42,977 nucleotides of DNA, from the IMG/VR virus record IMGVR_UViG_3300032318_000669, positions 1 to 42,977 of that record. One strand, written 5' to 3'. Numbering within the stretch: the first letter of the stretch is position 1; each line of letters starts with the position of its first letter. Origin of the DNA: a virus. Its lineage: Duplodnaviria > Caudoviricetes. Of this stretch, positions 24,342 to 33,515 are shown one piece after another. Under the pieces are notes generated by a model that was not told where the DNA came from, ran no database searches, and worked only from the letters and a program-made list of their open reading frames with translations. The position numbers and the translations under genes were made by a program.

Positions 24342-25199
24342 ATGGCTTATCCGACTGTCTCTGCACCTTATGGTGCTTTGCCGCAGAATCTGATTGGGGG
24401 CCAGTTATACGCAGGTTCGACCCGGAATTATCCGATTGCGTACAACTACAACACCAACATTTTCTATGGCGACCTTGTTACGCTGGGCACCACTGGTTCT
24501 ACCGCCGGTTTTATTGTTCCGTCGGCTACCAGCACCAGCCTTGTTAGCAAAGGTACCGTTGGTGTTTTCCTTGGTTGCTCGTATACCAATCCCACCACCA
24601 AGCAAAAGTTGTTTTCTCAGTATTACCCTGCAAACACTGCTGCCGGTGATATTCAAGCAATTGTTGCTGATGACCCCGATGTCGTCTTCAAGATGGCTGC
24701 TGTTGCTTCGGCTTCGTCGAATGTTATTTCGTCGTTCCCGACTGCAATGATTGGTCTGAATGCTGTTGTTAACACTCCGGTTGGTAGCACTTCTACTGGT
24801 AACTCGGGTCTTGGTCTGGTTGCTGCTAATACGACTACTGCCGTGGCTTCTGGCGGTGCCTTCCGTATTCTGGGTCTTGTTCCTGATACGCAAGTTAGCC
24901 TCTCGGCTACGTTTGTCAGCACCACAACCACTTCGTTTGTTGTGTCGGGTCTGCCGGTTGGCACGTTCATTCCGGTTGGTACGGATATTTTCCAACTGGT
25001 TGGCGGACAACTTCAGCAACTGGGTGTCGGCGCGAATGTGGCTACTGCCGCAACCGTGACCACCACTGGTAACACCACGCTGACCATCAGCGCGGCTGTT
25101 ACTACCACCCCGACTGCTGGTACTACCATCGTTCTGGTTGAGTCGCCTGAAGTTCTGGTCAAACTGAACTTTGGCGTCCACAACTACTACGCTGCCTAA
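24342..25199 (+). CDS. putative capsid decoration / minor capsid protein
   Basis: Directly before the MCP; NIFYGDLV...VGVFLGCSYT...DDPDVVF; Thr-rich beta insert. Confidence 0.6.
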   Translation: MAYPTVSAPYGALPQNLIGGQLYAGSTRNYPIAYNYNTNIFYGDLVTLGTTGSTAGFIVPSATSTSLVSKGTVGVFLGCSYTNPTTKQKLFSQYYPANTAAGDIQAIVADDPDVVFKMAAVASASSNVISSFPTAMIGLNAVVNTPVGSTSTGNSGLGLVAANTTTAVASGGAFRILGLVPDTQVSLSATFVSTTTTSFVVSGLPVGTFIPVGTDIFQLVGGQLQQLGVGANVATAATVTTTGNTTLTISAAVTTTPTAGTTIVLVESPEVLVKLNFGVHNYYAA

Positions 25200-25211
25200 T
25201 AGGAGTTAATC

Positions 25212-26123
25212 ATGGCAATTTCTCGCGCACAGTTACTCAAAGAACTGCTTCCCGGCCTGAATGCTTTGTTTGGTCTGGAGTACAAGCGTTACGGAGAGGA
25301 ACACAAGGAAATCTACGAAACCGAAACTTCGGAACGTAGTTTTGAAGAAGAAACCAAGTTGTCTGGTTTCTCGGCTGCTCCGGTCAAAAACGAAGGCTCT
25401 GCCATTCGTTATGACAACGGCCAAGAAGCATGGACCACTCGCTATAACCACGAAACCATCGCCCTCGGTTTCTCGATTACTGAAGAAGCAATCGAAGACA
25501 ACCTGTATGACAGCCTCTCGGCTCGTTATACGAAGGCTCTGGCCCGTGCTATGTCGTACACCAAGCAAGTCAAGGCTGCCAATGTTCTGAACAACGGCTT
25601 CAGTTCTGGCTATCCGGGTGGTGATGGCGTCTCGTTGTTTAACGCCTCTCACCCGCTTGTTTCGGGTGGAACCAACAGCAACACCCCGGCTGTCGCCGCT
25701 GACTTGAATGAAACCTCGTTGGAAAGCGCGGTCATTCAAATCGCTGCGTGGACTGATGAACGTGGTCTGCTGATTGCCGCCAAGCCGAGCAAACTGATTG
25801 TTCCGCCTGCTCTGATGTTCGTTGCTACCCGTCTGCTGGAAACCGAACTGCGTGTCGGCACCACTGACAACGATATCAACGCGCTGAAGAACAACGGTTC
25901 GATTCCGGGTGGCTACACCGTCAACCACTTCCTGACCGACAACAACGCTTGGTTCCTTACGACCGACGTTCCGAACGGCATGAAGCACTTTGAGCGTATG
26001 CCTCTGGCTACCTCGATGGACGGTGACTTCGATACCGGCAACGTGCGTTATAAGGCCCGCGAGCGTTATTCGTTCGGCTGGTCGGACCCGCTCGGTATGT
26101 TCGGTTCGCCGGGTGCGTCGTAA
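25212..26123 (+). CDS. major capsid protein (Mu gpT-like HK97 fold)
   Basis: MAISRAQLLKELLPGLNALFGLEY...KLIVPPAL...DFDTGNVRYKARERYSFGWSDP; strong SD, biased codons, followed by a terminator. Confidence 0.92.
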   Translation: MAISRAQLLKELLPGLNALFGLEYKRYGEEHKEIYETETSERSFEEETKLSGFSAAPVKNEGSAIRYDNGQEAWTTRYNHETIALGFSITEEAIEDNLYDSLSARYTKALARAMSYTKQVKAANVLNNGFSSGYPGGDGVSLFNASHPLVSGGTNSNTPAVAADLNETSLESAVIQIAAWTDERGLLIAAKPSKLIVPPALMFVATRLLETELRVGTTDNDINALKNNGSIPGGYTVNHFLTDNNAWFLTTDVPNGMKHFERMPLATSMDGDFDTGNVRYKARERYSFGWSDPLGMFGSPGAS

Positions 26124-26137
26124 TAAAATGCAGTAAT

Positions 26138-26166
26138 AAAGGGGGCTTCGGCCCCCTTTTATTTTT
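26138..26166 (+). terminator. intrinsic terminator
   Basis: AAAGGGGGC-TTCG-GCCCCCTTTTATTTTT. Confidence 0.9.
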
Positions 26167-26192
26167 GTTTATTTAAGTGTATAAACGTAAAT

Positions 26193-26265
26193 ACCAAGAT
26201 TCACTAATTGCTTACTGACCGACTTGGCGGACTTTTCCTCAGAGACAGTAAGCGCAATTGAGGAT
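26193..26265 (+). ncRNA. pseudoknotted cis-regulatory RNA candidate (resembles the Polynucleobacter-1 motif as I recall it)
   Basis: CCAAG(26194-8)/CTTGG(26223-7); GCTTACTG(26210-7)/CAGTAAGC(26246-53); TCCTCA(26236-41)/TGAGGA(26259-64, the SD). Family identity is from memory, not verified. Confidence 0.55.
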
Positions 26266-26271
26266 TTAATT

Positions 26272-26763
26272 ATGGCAAATTCGACTTTTAGCGGGCCAGT
26301 ACGTTCGCAAAACGGTTTCCAGACCATTTCGGTTAATTCGACCACTGGCGCAGTCACCACCACTTCGACCATCGGCGCCGACACTTCGGTTACCACTTTG
26401 ACTGCCACTGGCGCCATTACTTCTACTGGTACCGGTGGTATTGGTTATGCAACCGGCGCAGGCGGTGCTGTAACTCAAGGCACAAGCCGTACTACTGGCG
26501 TGACGCTCAACAAGCGTTGTGGTGCTATTACCATGTTCACCGCCGCTGGTTCTGCTACTGCCGCTAGTTTTACCGTCACCAATAGCACTGTTGGCGCTAA
26601 CGACGTAATCATTTTGAACCAAGCATCCGGTACTAATTTGTACGTTTTGCTTGTTACTGCCGTGGCTGCTGGTAGTTTCACTGTTACTTTCTATACTACA
26701 GGCGGCACCGCTTCTGATGCTCCGGTGATTAACTTTGCTGTGATTGATGGCGTTGCAGCCTAA
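26272..26763 (+). CDS. putative virion structural (head fibre or decoration) protein
   Basis: MANSTFSGPVRSQNGF...GGAVTQGTSRTTGVTLN; GAGGA SD supports ATG 26272. Confidence 0.65.
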   Translation: MANSTFSGPVRSQNGFQTISVNSTTGAVTTTSTIGADTSVTTLTATGAITSTGTGGIGYATGAGGAVTQGTSRTTGVTLNKRCGAITMFTAAGSATAASFTVTNSTVGANDVIILNQASGTNLYVLLVTAVAAGSFTVTFYTTGGTASDAPVINFAVIDGVAA

Positions 26764-26775
26764 TAGGGGTATGTC

Positions 26776-27060
26776 ATGGCGATGCAGACTGACGTTAAGT
26801 CCAATCACTTAACCGCATCCGGTACGATTTTTAATGGCAGAACTCGCCTTAAGAGTATTTCTTATCGCGGAAATGGCACGGATGGTTACGTTAGGTTGCG
26901 TGATGGCGGTTCAAGCGGTCCAATTCTTTGTGAACTTGATGTAGGCACTAGCGATACGTTCACTATTTACGTGCTGGTTCCCGGTGAAGGCGTTTTATTT
27001 CAAACCAGCCTTTATGCGGACCTTTCAAATGTACTTGCTGTGACGGTGTTCTATGGCTAA
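26776..27060 (+). CDS. conserved virion-module protein
   Basis: MAMQTDVKS...GRTRLK...VPGEGVLF...VTVFYG. Confidence 0.7.
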   Translation: MAMQTDVKSNHLTASGTIFNGRTRLKSISYRGNGTDGYVRLRDGGSSGPILCELDVGTSDTFTIYVLVPGEGVLFQTSLYADLSNVLAVTVFYG

Positions 27061-27307
27061 GACCCCGGCTTGGACGCGCAAAGAAGGCAAGAACCCCAAA
27101 GGTGGTTTGAATGCCAAGGGCCGTGCATCCTATAACGCTGCCAATCCGGGGAAGCCCGGTTTAAAAGCGCCTCAACCGGAAGGTGGTTCTCGCAGAGATT
27201 CTTTTTGTGCGCGTATGAAAGGCATGAAGAAGAAACTAACGAGCACCAAAACAGCCAACGACCCGAACTCGCGAATTAACAAAAGCCTGCGGGCGTGGAA
27301 TTGTTAA
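27053..27307 (+). CDS. conserved basic phage protein (DUF6321-like)
   Basis: AWTRKEGKNPKGGLNAKGRASY...RRDSFCARM...SRINKSLRAWNC. Confidence 0.75.
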   Translation: MAKTPAWTRKEGKNPKGGLNAKGRASYNAANPGKPGLKAPQPEGGSRRDSFCARMKGMKKKLTSTKTANDPNSRINKSLRAWNC

Positions 27308-27308
27308 C

Positions 27309-27497
27309 ATGACTGAACATCACGAAACATTTAAACAGGCAGTTGATGCTGCTTCCGTGGTAACAGTAGTTGGCACCCTCATGAATGCACTTCCTGCGAT
27401 TGCTGCAATTTTTTCAATTGTGTGGTCGGTGATTCGTATTTGGGAAACCAAAACTGTACAAGATTGGTGGAGGGGTAAAAATGCCAAGCACAAGTAA
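27309..27497 (+). CDS. small membrane protein
   Basis: Hydrophobic VVTVVGTLMNALPAIAAIFSIVWSVIRIWET. Confidence 0.7.
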   Translation: MTEHHETFKQAVDAASVVTVVGTLMNALPAIAAIFSIVWSVIRIWETKTVQDWWRGKNAKHK

Positions 27498-28011
27498 AAA
27501 GCAGCATAACTTTATGGCGGCAGTGGCTAACAACCCAAAGTTTGCCAAAAAAGTTGGGGTTCCCAAATCCGTTGGGGAAGAATTTACCAAGGCCGATAAA
27601 GGTCGCAAATTTGAAAGAGGTGGTGAAATGGCTGAGTCGAAGAAGATGGTTAAGAAGGAAGTGGCCTTTATGAAATCAAAGGGCGCTCCGAAGTCGATGG
27701 TCAAGCATGAAGAAGCCGAGATGAAGGGTATGAAGAAGGGCGGCAACGTTAAAAAAATGTTTGTCGGCGGCATGAGCAACGGTCGTGGATTTGCTGGCGT
27801 GGCACCCCGTTCAAAGGTTGCTTCTGCTGCTTCGCAGATGCCGAGTAAAATTTCTGCACTTAAAGGCTCCAATTCTAGTGGTTTTGCCGGTGGTCCCCGC
27901 GTGGGCATGAAGAAGGGCGGATGCACTGATATGGCAAAGGGCGGCGGCATCGAGTCCAAGGGTAAGACCAAGGGCAAGATGGTTGTCATGAAACGCGGCG
28001 GCAAGTGCTAA
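27481..28011 (+). CDS. Lys/Gly-rich protein with repeated (M/F)xxGG motifs
   Basis: MPSTSKKQHNFMAAVA...; MKKGG twice, MAKGG, MKRGG. Confidence 0.7.
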   Translation: MPSTSKKQHNFMAAVANNPKFAKKVGVPKSVGEEFTKADKGRKFERGGEMAESKKMVKKEVAFMKSKGAPKSMVKHEEAEMKGMKKGGNVKKMFVGGMSNGRGFAGVAPRSKVASAASQMPSKISALKGSNSSGFAGGPRVGMKKGGCTDMAKGGGIESKGKTKGKMVVMKRGGKC

Positions 28012-28021
28012 GGAGAATGAA

Positions 28022-28594
28022 ATGGCAACTCCTGCGGAAAAAATTAAACGTCTTCGTCTTGATAGCGACAACCCTTTTCCTGATGCTTACAAGACGCCGA
28101 CAGAAACTCTGAAGGGCGGTCCTTTGGCAGAGGCTCTGCGCGCAAAGCGTGCGCGTCAGACTGCGCGTAGCGAACAAACCTCTGGTCGTCCCAAAGAGTC
28201 GGCAATGGGCAGCATGAAAAATGTAGATGCTGGCACTGGCCGTGGCGACACTGGCGGCGCCAAAACTGGCGGCGGCAAATCGTTTAAAGATGCTTTTGCT
28301 GAAGCCCGCAAGTCGGGCAAAGATACTTTTAACTGGAATGGCAAAAAGTACACCACCGAAATGGCAGGAAGCAAACCGAAAACTGCGGACCGCACTCTGG
28401 AAGAAGCGCACCAAGAATCCATTGGTACTGGCGCTGCTGAAAAAGAGTATGACGCGACCCCGTATGTTGAAGCGCATGACGAGGCAACGCGATTCAAGAA
28501 AGGTGGTTCCGTGAAGATGGCAAAGGGTGGCAGCGCATCTAGCCGTGCTGACGGTTGCGCTCAACGCGGTAAGACCAAAGGACGGATGGTGTAA
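28022..28594 (+). CDS. Lys/Gly-motif protein
   Basis: SFKDAFAEARKSGKDTFNWNGKKYTT; ends FKKGG...MAKGG...RADGCAQRGKTKGRMV. Confidence 0.75.
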   Translation: MATPAEKIKRLRLDSDNPFPDAYKTPTETLKGGPLAEALRAKRARQTARSEQTSGRPKESAMGSMKNVDAGTGRGDTGGAKTGGGKSFKDAFAEARKSGKDTFNWNGKKYTTEMAGSKPKTADRTLEEAHQESIGTGAAEKEYDATPYVEAHDEATRFKKGGSVKMAKGGSASSRADGCAQRGKTKGRMV

Positions 28595-28596
28595 TC

Positions 28597-29538
28597 ATGG
28601 CGAGCAATGTCGATGACGATTTGCCTTGGTATACGATTGGCAGTAGCGAAGCGCAAAAGATGCAATATCGCAAAGCCCAAGCGGACCTTGAGGCTCGCGA
28701 AAACGTTCGTCGTGCAAAGATTGGTTTAAAGCCCGTTACGGAAGCGCAAGACGCTTACAATCGGGCTGTTTCCCGTTCTAGCAACAAACCGCTTGCTCCG
28801 GCCAATAAACAAAGCACGCAACAATCTGGTCGCGTTTCTCCTATTGTTGAACGCGCAATGCCGGGTAACAATGAATTTGTGACATTAAATCCGGCTCGCA
28901 GAAGTCGTGATGCTGCGGCAAATAGAAATGTTGCGCCGGGAATGGGCGACAAAGGCACGAATATCAGAGAATATCCGTCTGTGACGGCTGGCCGTGGAAC
29001 CATGCAGGGTATGCCGCCTGCAAAACCAAATTTAAAACGCAATAATCAATCAAATAATCCTTTAACTGAGGATTATGATGAAGCAACAAGAAACATTCTT
29101 AAAAAAGACCCAAATTTTTTCAGAAGGCAGCGCCGCCCAGATGAAACAATTCAATATGATGGCGGCACTTTAAACCCGTCTGAATTTGGTCCTGCAACTA
29201 TGGGTCCGGGCGTTGGCGTTGAGCGTGGGAACGTGGCTTCGCAGGGCACCGTTCGCAACTATGAAACTGAGTTCCCGGTTGAGACGTTTAATCCGTCCTC
29301 AATGACTATGGCCGCGCCCATGCGTGAAGGTTTTTTTGGCGAACAAATCAGCCAAGAAGACTATGACGCAATGACTCAGCGCAACAAAGACGCAAGTTTT
29401 TGGGGTCGGTTTAAAAAGGGTGGCAGCGTCAAGAAGAAACCTGTCAAAAAGATGGCAAAGGGCGGTTCTGTTTCTTCTGCTTCCAAGCGTGGCGACGGCT
29501 GCTGTCAACGTGGTAAGACGAAAGGTAGGATGGTCTGA
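28597..29538 (+). CDS. largely disordered Lys/Gly-motif protein
   Basis: Ends FKKGG...MAKGG...RGDGCCQRGKTKGRMV. Confidence 0.75.
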   Translation: MASNVDDDLPWYTIGSSEAQKMQYRKAQADLEARENVRRAKIGLKPVTEAQDAYNRAVSRSSNKPLAPANKQSTQQSGRVSPIVERAMPGNNEFVTLNPARRSRDAAANRNVAPGMGDKGTNIREYPSVTAGRGTMQGMPPAKPNLKRNNQSNNPLTEDYDEATRNILKKDPNFFRRQRRPDETIQYDGGTLNPSEFGPATMGPGVGVERGNVASQGTVRNYETEFPVETFNPSSMTMAAPMREGFFGEQISQEDYDAMTQRNKDASFWGRFKKGGSVKKKPVKKMAKGGSVSSASKRGDGCCQRGKTKGRMV

Positions 29539-29813
29539 TGATGCCTTGCCGTGGAATGGGTGCAGTCAACCCCAAAAAGTTACCGCGCACTGTTAAGAAG
29601 CGTGATGGCAATGAGCCGGTTAAACTTTTTGCCAAAGGCGGCGAGTCGCGTGTAAACGAAGCGGGCAACTATACGAAGCCGGGTATGCGTAAGTCATTGT
29701 TTAACAGCATTAAAAACAGTGGCAAAGGTGGCGCATCCGGCCAGTGGTCTGCTCGCAAGGCACAGATGTTAGCCCTTCAGTATAAGAAGAAGGGCGGGGG
29801 TTACAAAGATTGA
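29538..29813 (+). CDS. conserved basic phage protein
   Basis: FAKGG...VNEAGNYTKPGMRK...GQWSARKAQMLA.QYKKKGGGYKD. Confidence 0.75.
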   Translation: MMPCRGMGAVNPKKLPRTVKKRDGNEPVKLFAKGGESRVNEAGNYTKPGMRKSLFNSIKNSGKGGASGQWSARKAQMLALQYKKKGGGYKD

Positions 29814-30064
29814 AAGCGCCACAGCGTTCATTGAAAGCGTGGACAGAGCAGAAGTGGAGAACTAAAAGTGGTAAGCCGTCAACGCAAGGGCCGAAAGCAA
29901 CCGGAGAACGATACCTTCCGGAGGCAGCGATTAAGTCGTTATCTCCGTCAGAGTATGCTGCAACGACTAGAGCAAAGAGAGCGGGAAAAAGAGCGGGAAA
30001 GCAGTTTGTAGCACAGCCAAAAACTGTTGCAAAGAAAGTAGCACCGCATAGGAAAATCAAATGA
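29810..30064 (+). CDS. conserved basic phage protein (DUF5872-like)
   Basis: QRSLKAWTEQKWRTKSGKPS...GERYLP...GKQFVAQP; TTG start. Confidence 0.7.
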   Translation: MKAPQRSLKAWTEQKWRTKSGKPSTQGPKATGERYLPEAAIKSLSPSEYAATTRAKRAGKRAGKQFVAQPKTVAKKVAPHRKIK

Positions 30065-30807
30065 CCACTTCCGGTACCAGTACATTTAATTTAAACCTCA
30101 ATGAACTTGTTGAGGAAGCGTTTGAGCGTTGTGGCTCCGAACTGCGTACTGGTTACGACCTCCGGACGGCTCGACGTAGTTTAAATTTGTTGACTATTGA
30201 GTGGGCAAATCGAGGCATCAATCTCTGGACAATTGAACAAGGTGAGATTGCGCTTGAAACTGGTGTTGCAACCTATCCGCTTCCAGCGGATACCATTGAT
30301 TTGGCAGAACAAGTTATCCGCACCGGCACCGGCTCAAATCAAACGGACATCAACATCAGTCGGATTAGCGTTGCCACTTACGCTGTTATCCCGAACAAGA
30401 ATGCCACTGGTCGCCCTGTTCAGGTATGGATTAACCGTCAATCTGGCGCTGACTATCCCGTAGGCGGTCAGCCAGAAGGCACACAGCCTAATGGCATTGA
30501 CAATCCAACAATTACAGTATGGCCCACTCCTGACGCATCCCAAGACTACACCTTCGTGTATTGGCGTCTTCGCCGCGTTCAAGATGCCGGTAGCGGTGGC
30601 ACCAAAACTCAAGACATTCCATTCCGTTTTGTTAACTGCATGGTTGCCGGTCTTGCTTATTACTTGTCCATGAAGTTACAAAACATGGACCCGCAACGTC
30701 GTATGGAATTAAAGGCGGATTACGAACAACAGTTTCAACTTGCTGCTGATGAAGACCGCGAAAAAGCACCTGTGCGATTTGTTCCGCGCAATTTGTTTTA
30801 CAGGTGA
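30061..30807 (+). CDS. putative head-tail adaptor / tail tubular protein
   Basis: EEAFERCG...ARRSLNLL..EWANRG...GRP...VWPTPD...IPFRF..CMVAGLAYY; position after the head genes. Confidence 0.65.
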   Translation: MTTSGTSTFNLNLNELVEEAFERCGSELRTGYDLRTARRSLNLLTIEWANRGINLWTIEQGEIALETGVATYPLPADTIDLAEQVIRTGTGSNQTDINISRISVATYAVIPNKNATGRPVQVWINRQSGADYPVGGQPEGTQPNGIDNPTITVWPTPDASQDYTFVYWRLRRVQDAGSGGTKTQDIPFRFVNCMVAGLAYYLSMKLQNMDPQRRMELKADYEQQFQLAADEDREKAPVRFVPRNLFYR

Positions 30808-30811
30808 TTAA

Positions 30812-31186
30812 ATGCCTAATCGGTTTTCATCTGGCAAGCATTCAATCGCGGAATGTGACCGTTGTGGGTTTAGATATAAACTCAAACAACTCAAGCATTT
30901 AACGATTAAAACAAAGCAGACGAATATCAAAGTTTGTCCGCAATGTTGGGAACCAGACCAACCGCAGTTGCAATTGGGTATGTATCCGGTTAATGACCCG
31001 CAGGCTGTGCGTCAACCAAGACCGGACACTAGTTATTATGTTTCCGGCAATGACGGTGAAGGTAGTAGAATTATTCAATGGGGTTGGAATCCGGTTGGCG
31101 GTTCAAGAGCAAATGATGATTTCTTAACTCCAAACAATTTGCAATTGAGTATTCAACTTGGAACCGTAACTGTAGTTACAACTTAG
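30812..31186 (+). CDS. conserved Cys4 protein
   Basis: CDRCGF...VCPQCWEPDQPQL...DPQAVRQPRPD. Confidence 0.75.
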   Translation: MPNRFSSGKHSIAECDRCGFRYKLKQLKHLTIKTKQTNIKVCPQCWEPDQPQLQLGMYPVNDPQAVRQPRPDTSYYVSGNDGEGSRIIQWGWNPVGGSRANDDFLTPNNLQLSIQLGTVTVVTT

Positions 31187-31195
31187 GAGTAAAAA

Positions 31196-31366
31196 ATGGA
31201 TAAGAAGGAAGTTAAGAAGATTGCCGACACGGAAGTGAAAGCACACGAAAAGCGTATGCACGGCAAAGGCTTCGCCAAAGGCGGCAAGACCAATCTTGAT
31301 ATGAAGAAGTATGGTCGCGGCATGGCTAAGGTCATCAATCAACGCACTTCGTCGCGGGGTCGATAA
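31196..31366 (+). CDS. small Lys-rich protein with FAKGG motif
   Basis: Manual: MDKKEVKKIADTEVKAHEKRMHGKGFAKGGKTNLDMKKYGRGMAKVINQRTSSRGR; AGGAG SD. Confidence 0.75.
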   Translation: MDKKEVKKIADTEVKAHEKRMHGKGFAKGGKTNLDMKKYGRGMAKVINQRTSSRGR

Positions 31367-31626
31367 TGGCTAAGTTCAGCATGAAGAAAGGCGGCAAAGA
31401 GGTTGGTTCCGCTTCGGTTTATGCAGAGCCGCACACGATGAGCGGCGGTAGCGTTCATCTTGGCAATGGATATAGCGCAGAACCGACTGGAGCCAAGCAA
31501 GTCAACATGAGCGTTGGTGGCATCAATCGTGATGGCTACAACCCTGCACCGAAGACTGATGGCATTGAAGTCCGTGGTTGTGGCGCTGCTACCAAGGGCA
31601 CCAAGGCTCGCGGCCCGATGGCTTAA
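31366..31626 (+). CDS. small Lys/Gly-motif protein
   Basis: MKKGG near the N-terminus; ends RGCGAATKGTKARGPMA. Confidence 0.75.
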   Translation: MAKFSMKKGGKEVGSASVYAEPHTMSGGSVHLGNGYSAEPTGAKQVNMSVGGINRDGYNPAPKTDGIEVRGCGAATKGTKARGPMA

Positions 31627-31628
31627 TT

Positions 31629-32312
31629 ATGAACTATACGCAACTCGTATCTCAGATTAACGCATACACCGAAAACCAATTCGGTGATGACTCTACCGGC
31701 TCGCCCGAAGTAGATACGTTTATCAAACAAGCCGAGCAGCGTATATACAACACCATTGAGTTTCCTTCGTTACGCAAAAACGTAACGGGTATTACCATTG
31801 GTGGAAATAAGTATCTGTCAGCACCAAATGATTTTCTTGCCGTTTTTTCAATGGCAGTTATTGACGATAACAATAACTACGAGTATCTGCTGAACAAAGA
31901 TGTGAACTTTATCCGGTCGGCATTCCCGAACCCAAACGACCAAGACATTCCTCAGTATTACGCAGTCTTTGGTCCAACTACAACAAATGCCGTGCCTCCC
32001 GTAATCACGAATGAACTGTCGTTTATTCTTGGCCCAACCCCGGATGATGCGTATGGGATTGAACTACATTATTACTACTACCCCGAGTCTATCGTTACAG
32101 CACAGACTACTTGGCTTGGCGATAACTTTGATTCCGTTCTCCTTTATGGCGCTTTGTTGGAAGCGTACACCTACCTGAAGGGTGAGCCTGACGTTTATGC
32201 GGCCTATCAAAAACGTTATGACGAAGCCGTTGTGCTTGCCAAACGCCTTGGTGATGGTATGGAACGCGGTGATGCTTATCGCGACGGACAGATTAAACAG
32301 AAGGTGGTCTAA
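31629..32312 (+). CDS. putative head-to-tail adaptor protein
   Basis: ATG 31629: MNYTQL...FIKQAEQRIY...PQYY...GPTPD..Y...TWL...LLYGALLEAY. Confidence 0.7.
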   Translation: MNYTQLVSQINAYTENQFGDDSTGSPEVDTFIKQAEQRIYNTIEFPSLRKNVTGITIGGNKYLSAPNDFLAVFSMAVIDDNNNYEYLLNKDVNFIRSAFPNPNDQDIPQYYAVFGPTTTNAVPPVITNELSFILGPTPDDAYGIELHYYYYPESIVTAQTTWLGDNFDSVLLYGALLEAYTYLKGEPDVYAAYQKRYDEAVVLAKRLGDGMERGDAYRDGQIKQKVV

Positions 32313-32732
32313 GTGGCGCTCACGGGCAACTACACTTGCGATACGTTTAAGTCCGGTCTACTAGCCGGTACTTTCGATTTTGCTGCACCCACTACGCAGA
32401 CCTTCAAGATTGCTTTGTATACGGCAAGCGCCACTTTAAACGCGCAGACCGCTGCATACACGACTGACAATGAAGTTGTGGCATCGGGGTACACCGCAGG
32501 CGGAGAAATCATTACCCCCTCCGTTGGTATTCTCTATGGCGTTGCGTATTTGGATTTTTCTGATGCTACTTGGAGTGGTGTTATTACTGCCCGTGGCGCA
32601 TTGATTTATCAAGGTAGCAGTAACATCGCTTTGTTTGTTCTTGATTTTGGGTCTGATAAAACTTCCACTACCCAATTCCAAGTTCAGTTCCCTGTAGCAA
32701 CAAACACATCGGCGTTAGTCCGAATCAATTAA
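32313..32732 (+). CDS. putative tail or structural protein
   Basis: FKIALYTASATL...GYTAGG...TARGALIY...VLDFGSDKTS; GTG start. Confidence 0.7.
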   Translation: MALTGNYTCDTFKSGLLAGTFDFAAPTTQTFKIALYTASATLNAQTAAYTTDNEVVASGYTAGGEIITPSVGILYGVAYLDFSDATWSGVITARGALIYQGSSNIALFVLDFGSDKTSTTQFQVQFPVATNTSALVRIN

Positions 32733-32741
32733 GGAGTTATC

Positions 32742-33320
32742 ATGCAAAACGAAGAAGTCAAAATGAGTGACGCTACAAAGGCATTAGTTGAACAAGGCGG
32801 CGGTCTTGCTGACAGCGCTAAGGCTAGTGGCGTTTACAAGATTCAGTGTCACGACAAAGACGGCAACCTCAAGTGGGAAGCCGAGTCCAAGAATCTGGTA
32901 GTCAACGTTGGCCTTCAGGATATGAATGCCAAGTATTTCACCGGTTCGTCGTATACCGCTGCTTGGTATCTTGGTCTGTACGGTGCTGGCGCATCAAATA
33001 CGCCCGCTGCTGGTGACACAATGGCATCCCATGCCGGTTGGACTGAAGTAACGACTTACAGCAACGCCACGCGCCCTGCCTGTACGTTTGGCACACCGAC
33101 CACGGCAAATCCATCTGTAGCCACTAATAGCGCTTCTCCTGCATCGTTTAGCATCAATGGCTCAACTACTGTTGGTGGTGCATTTTTGACTAGCAACAAC
33201 ACCAAGGGCGGCAGCACTGGCACTCTGTATTCGGCTGCTGACTTTTCTGCCCCCGGTGACCGTTCGGTTGTTAACGGCGATACGCTGACCGTTACTTACA
33301 CTCTCAGCCTTGCTGGTTAA
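32742..33320 (+). CDS. putative tail-fibre module structural protein
   Basis: GNLKWE...NLVVNVG...HAGWTEV...GDTLTVTYTLS; AAGGAG SD. Confidence 0.7.
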   Translation: MQNEEVKMSDATKALVEQGGGLADSAKASGVYKIQCHDKDGNLKWEAESKNLVVNVGLQDMNAKYFTGSSYTAAWYLGLYGAGASNTPAAGDTMASHAGWTEVTTYSNATRPACTFGTPTTANPSVATNSASPASFSINGSTTVGGAFLTSNNTKGGSTGTLYSAADFSAPGDRSVVNGDTLTVTYTLSLAG

Positions 33321-33330
33321 GGAGATTTAA

Positions 33331-33510
33331 ATGGCTACCAAGTTTAAGAAGGGCGATGTCGTTAAGGCAGTCGCCGTTGTGCCGGAGGGTCCGGTTGAAG
33401 CCCTGCGTATGGATGAAAATGGTAATTTCTACTACCAAATTTCGTGGGCCGATGTTAATGGCGAAGCCCAACAGCGTTGGTTTGCAGAAGAAGACCTTAC
33501 TGCGGAGTAA
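33331..33510 (+). CDS. small SH3-like (YodC/DUF2158-like) protein
   Basis: Manual: MATKFKKGDVVKAVAVVPEGPVEALRMDENGNFYYQISWADVNGEAQQRWFAEEDLTAE; AAGGAG SD. Confidence 0.7.
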   Translation: MATKFKKGDVVKAVAVVPEGPVEALRMDENGNFYYQISWADVNGEAQQRWFAEEDLTAE

Positions 33511-33515
33511 TTTAA

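Noticed and set aside
24405-25988. Long minus-strand ORFs (258 and 251 aa)
   Set aside because: Antisense shadows of strongly codon-biased capsid genes.
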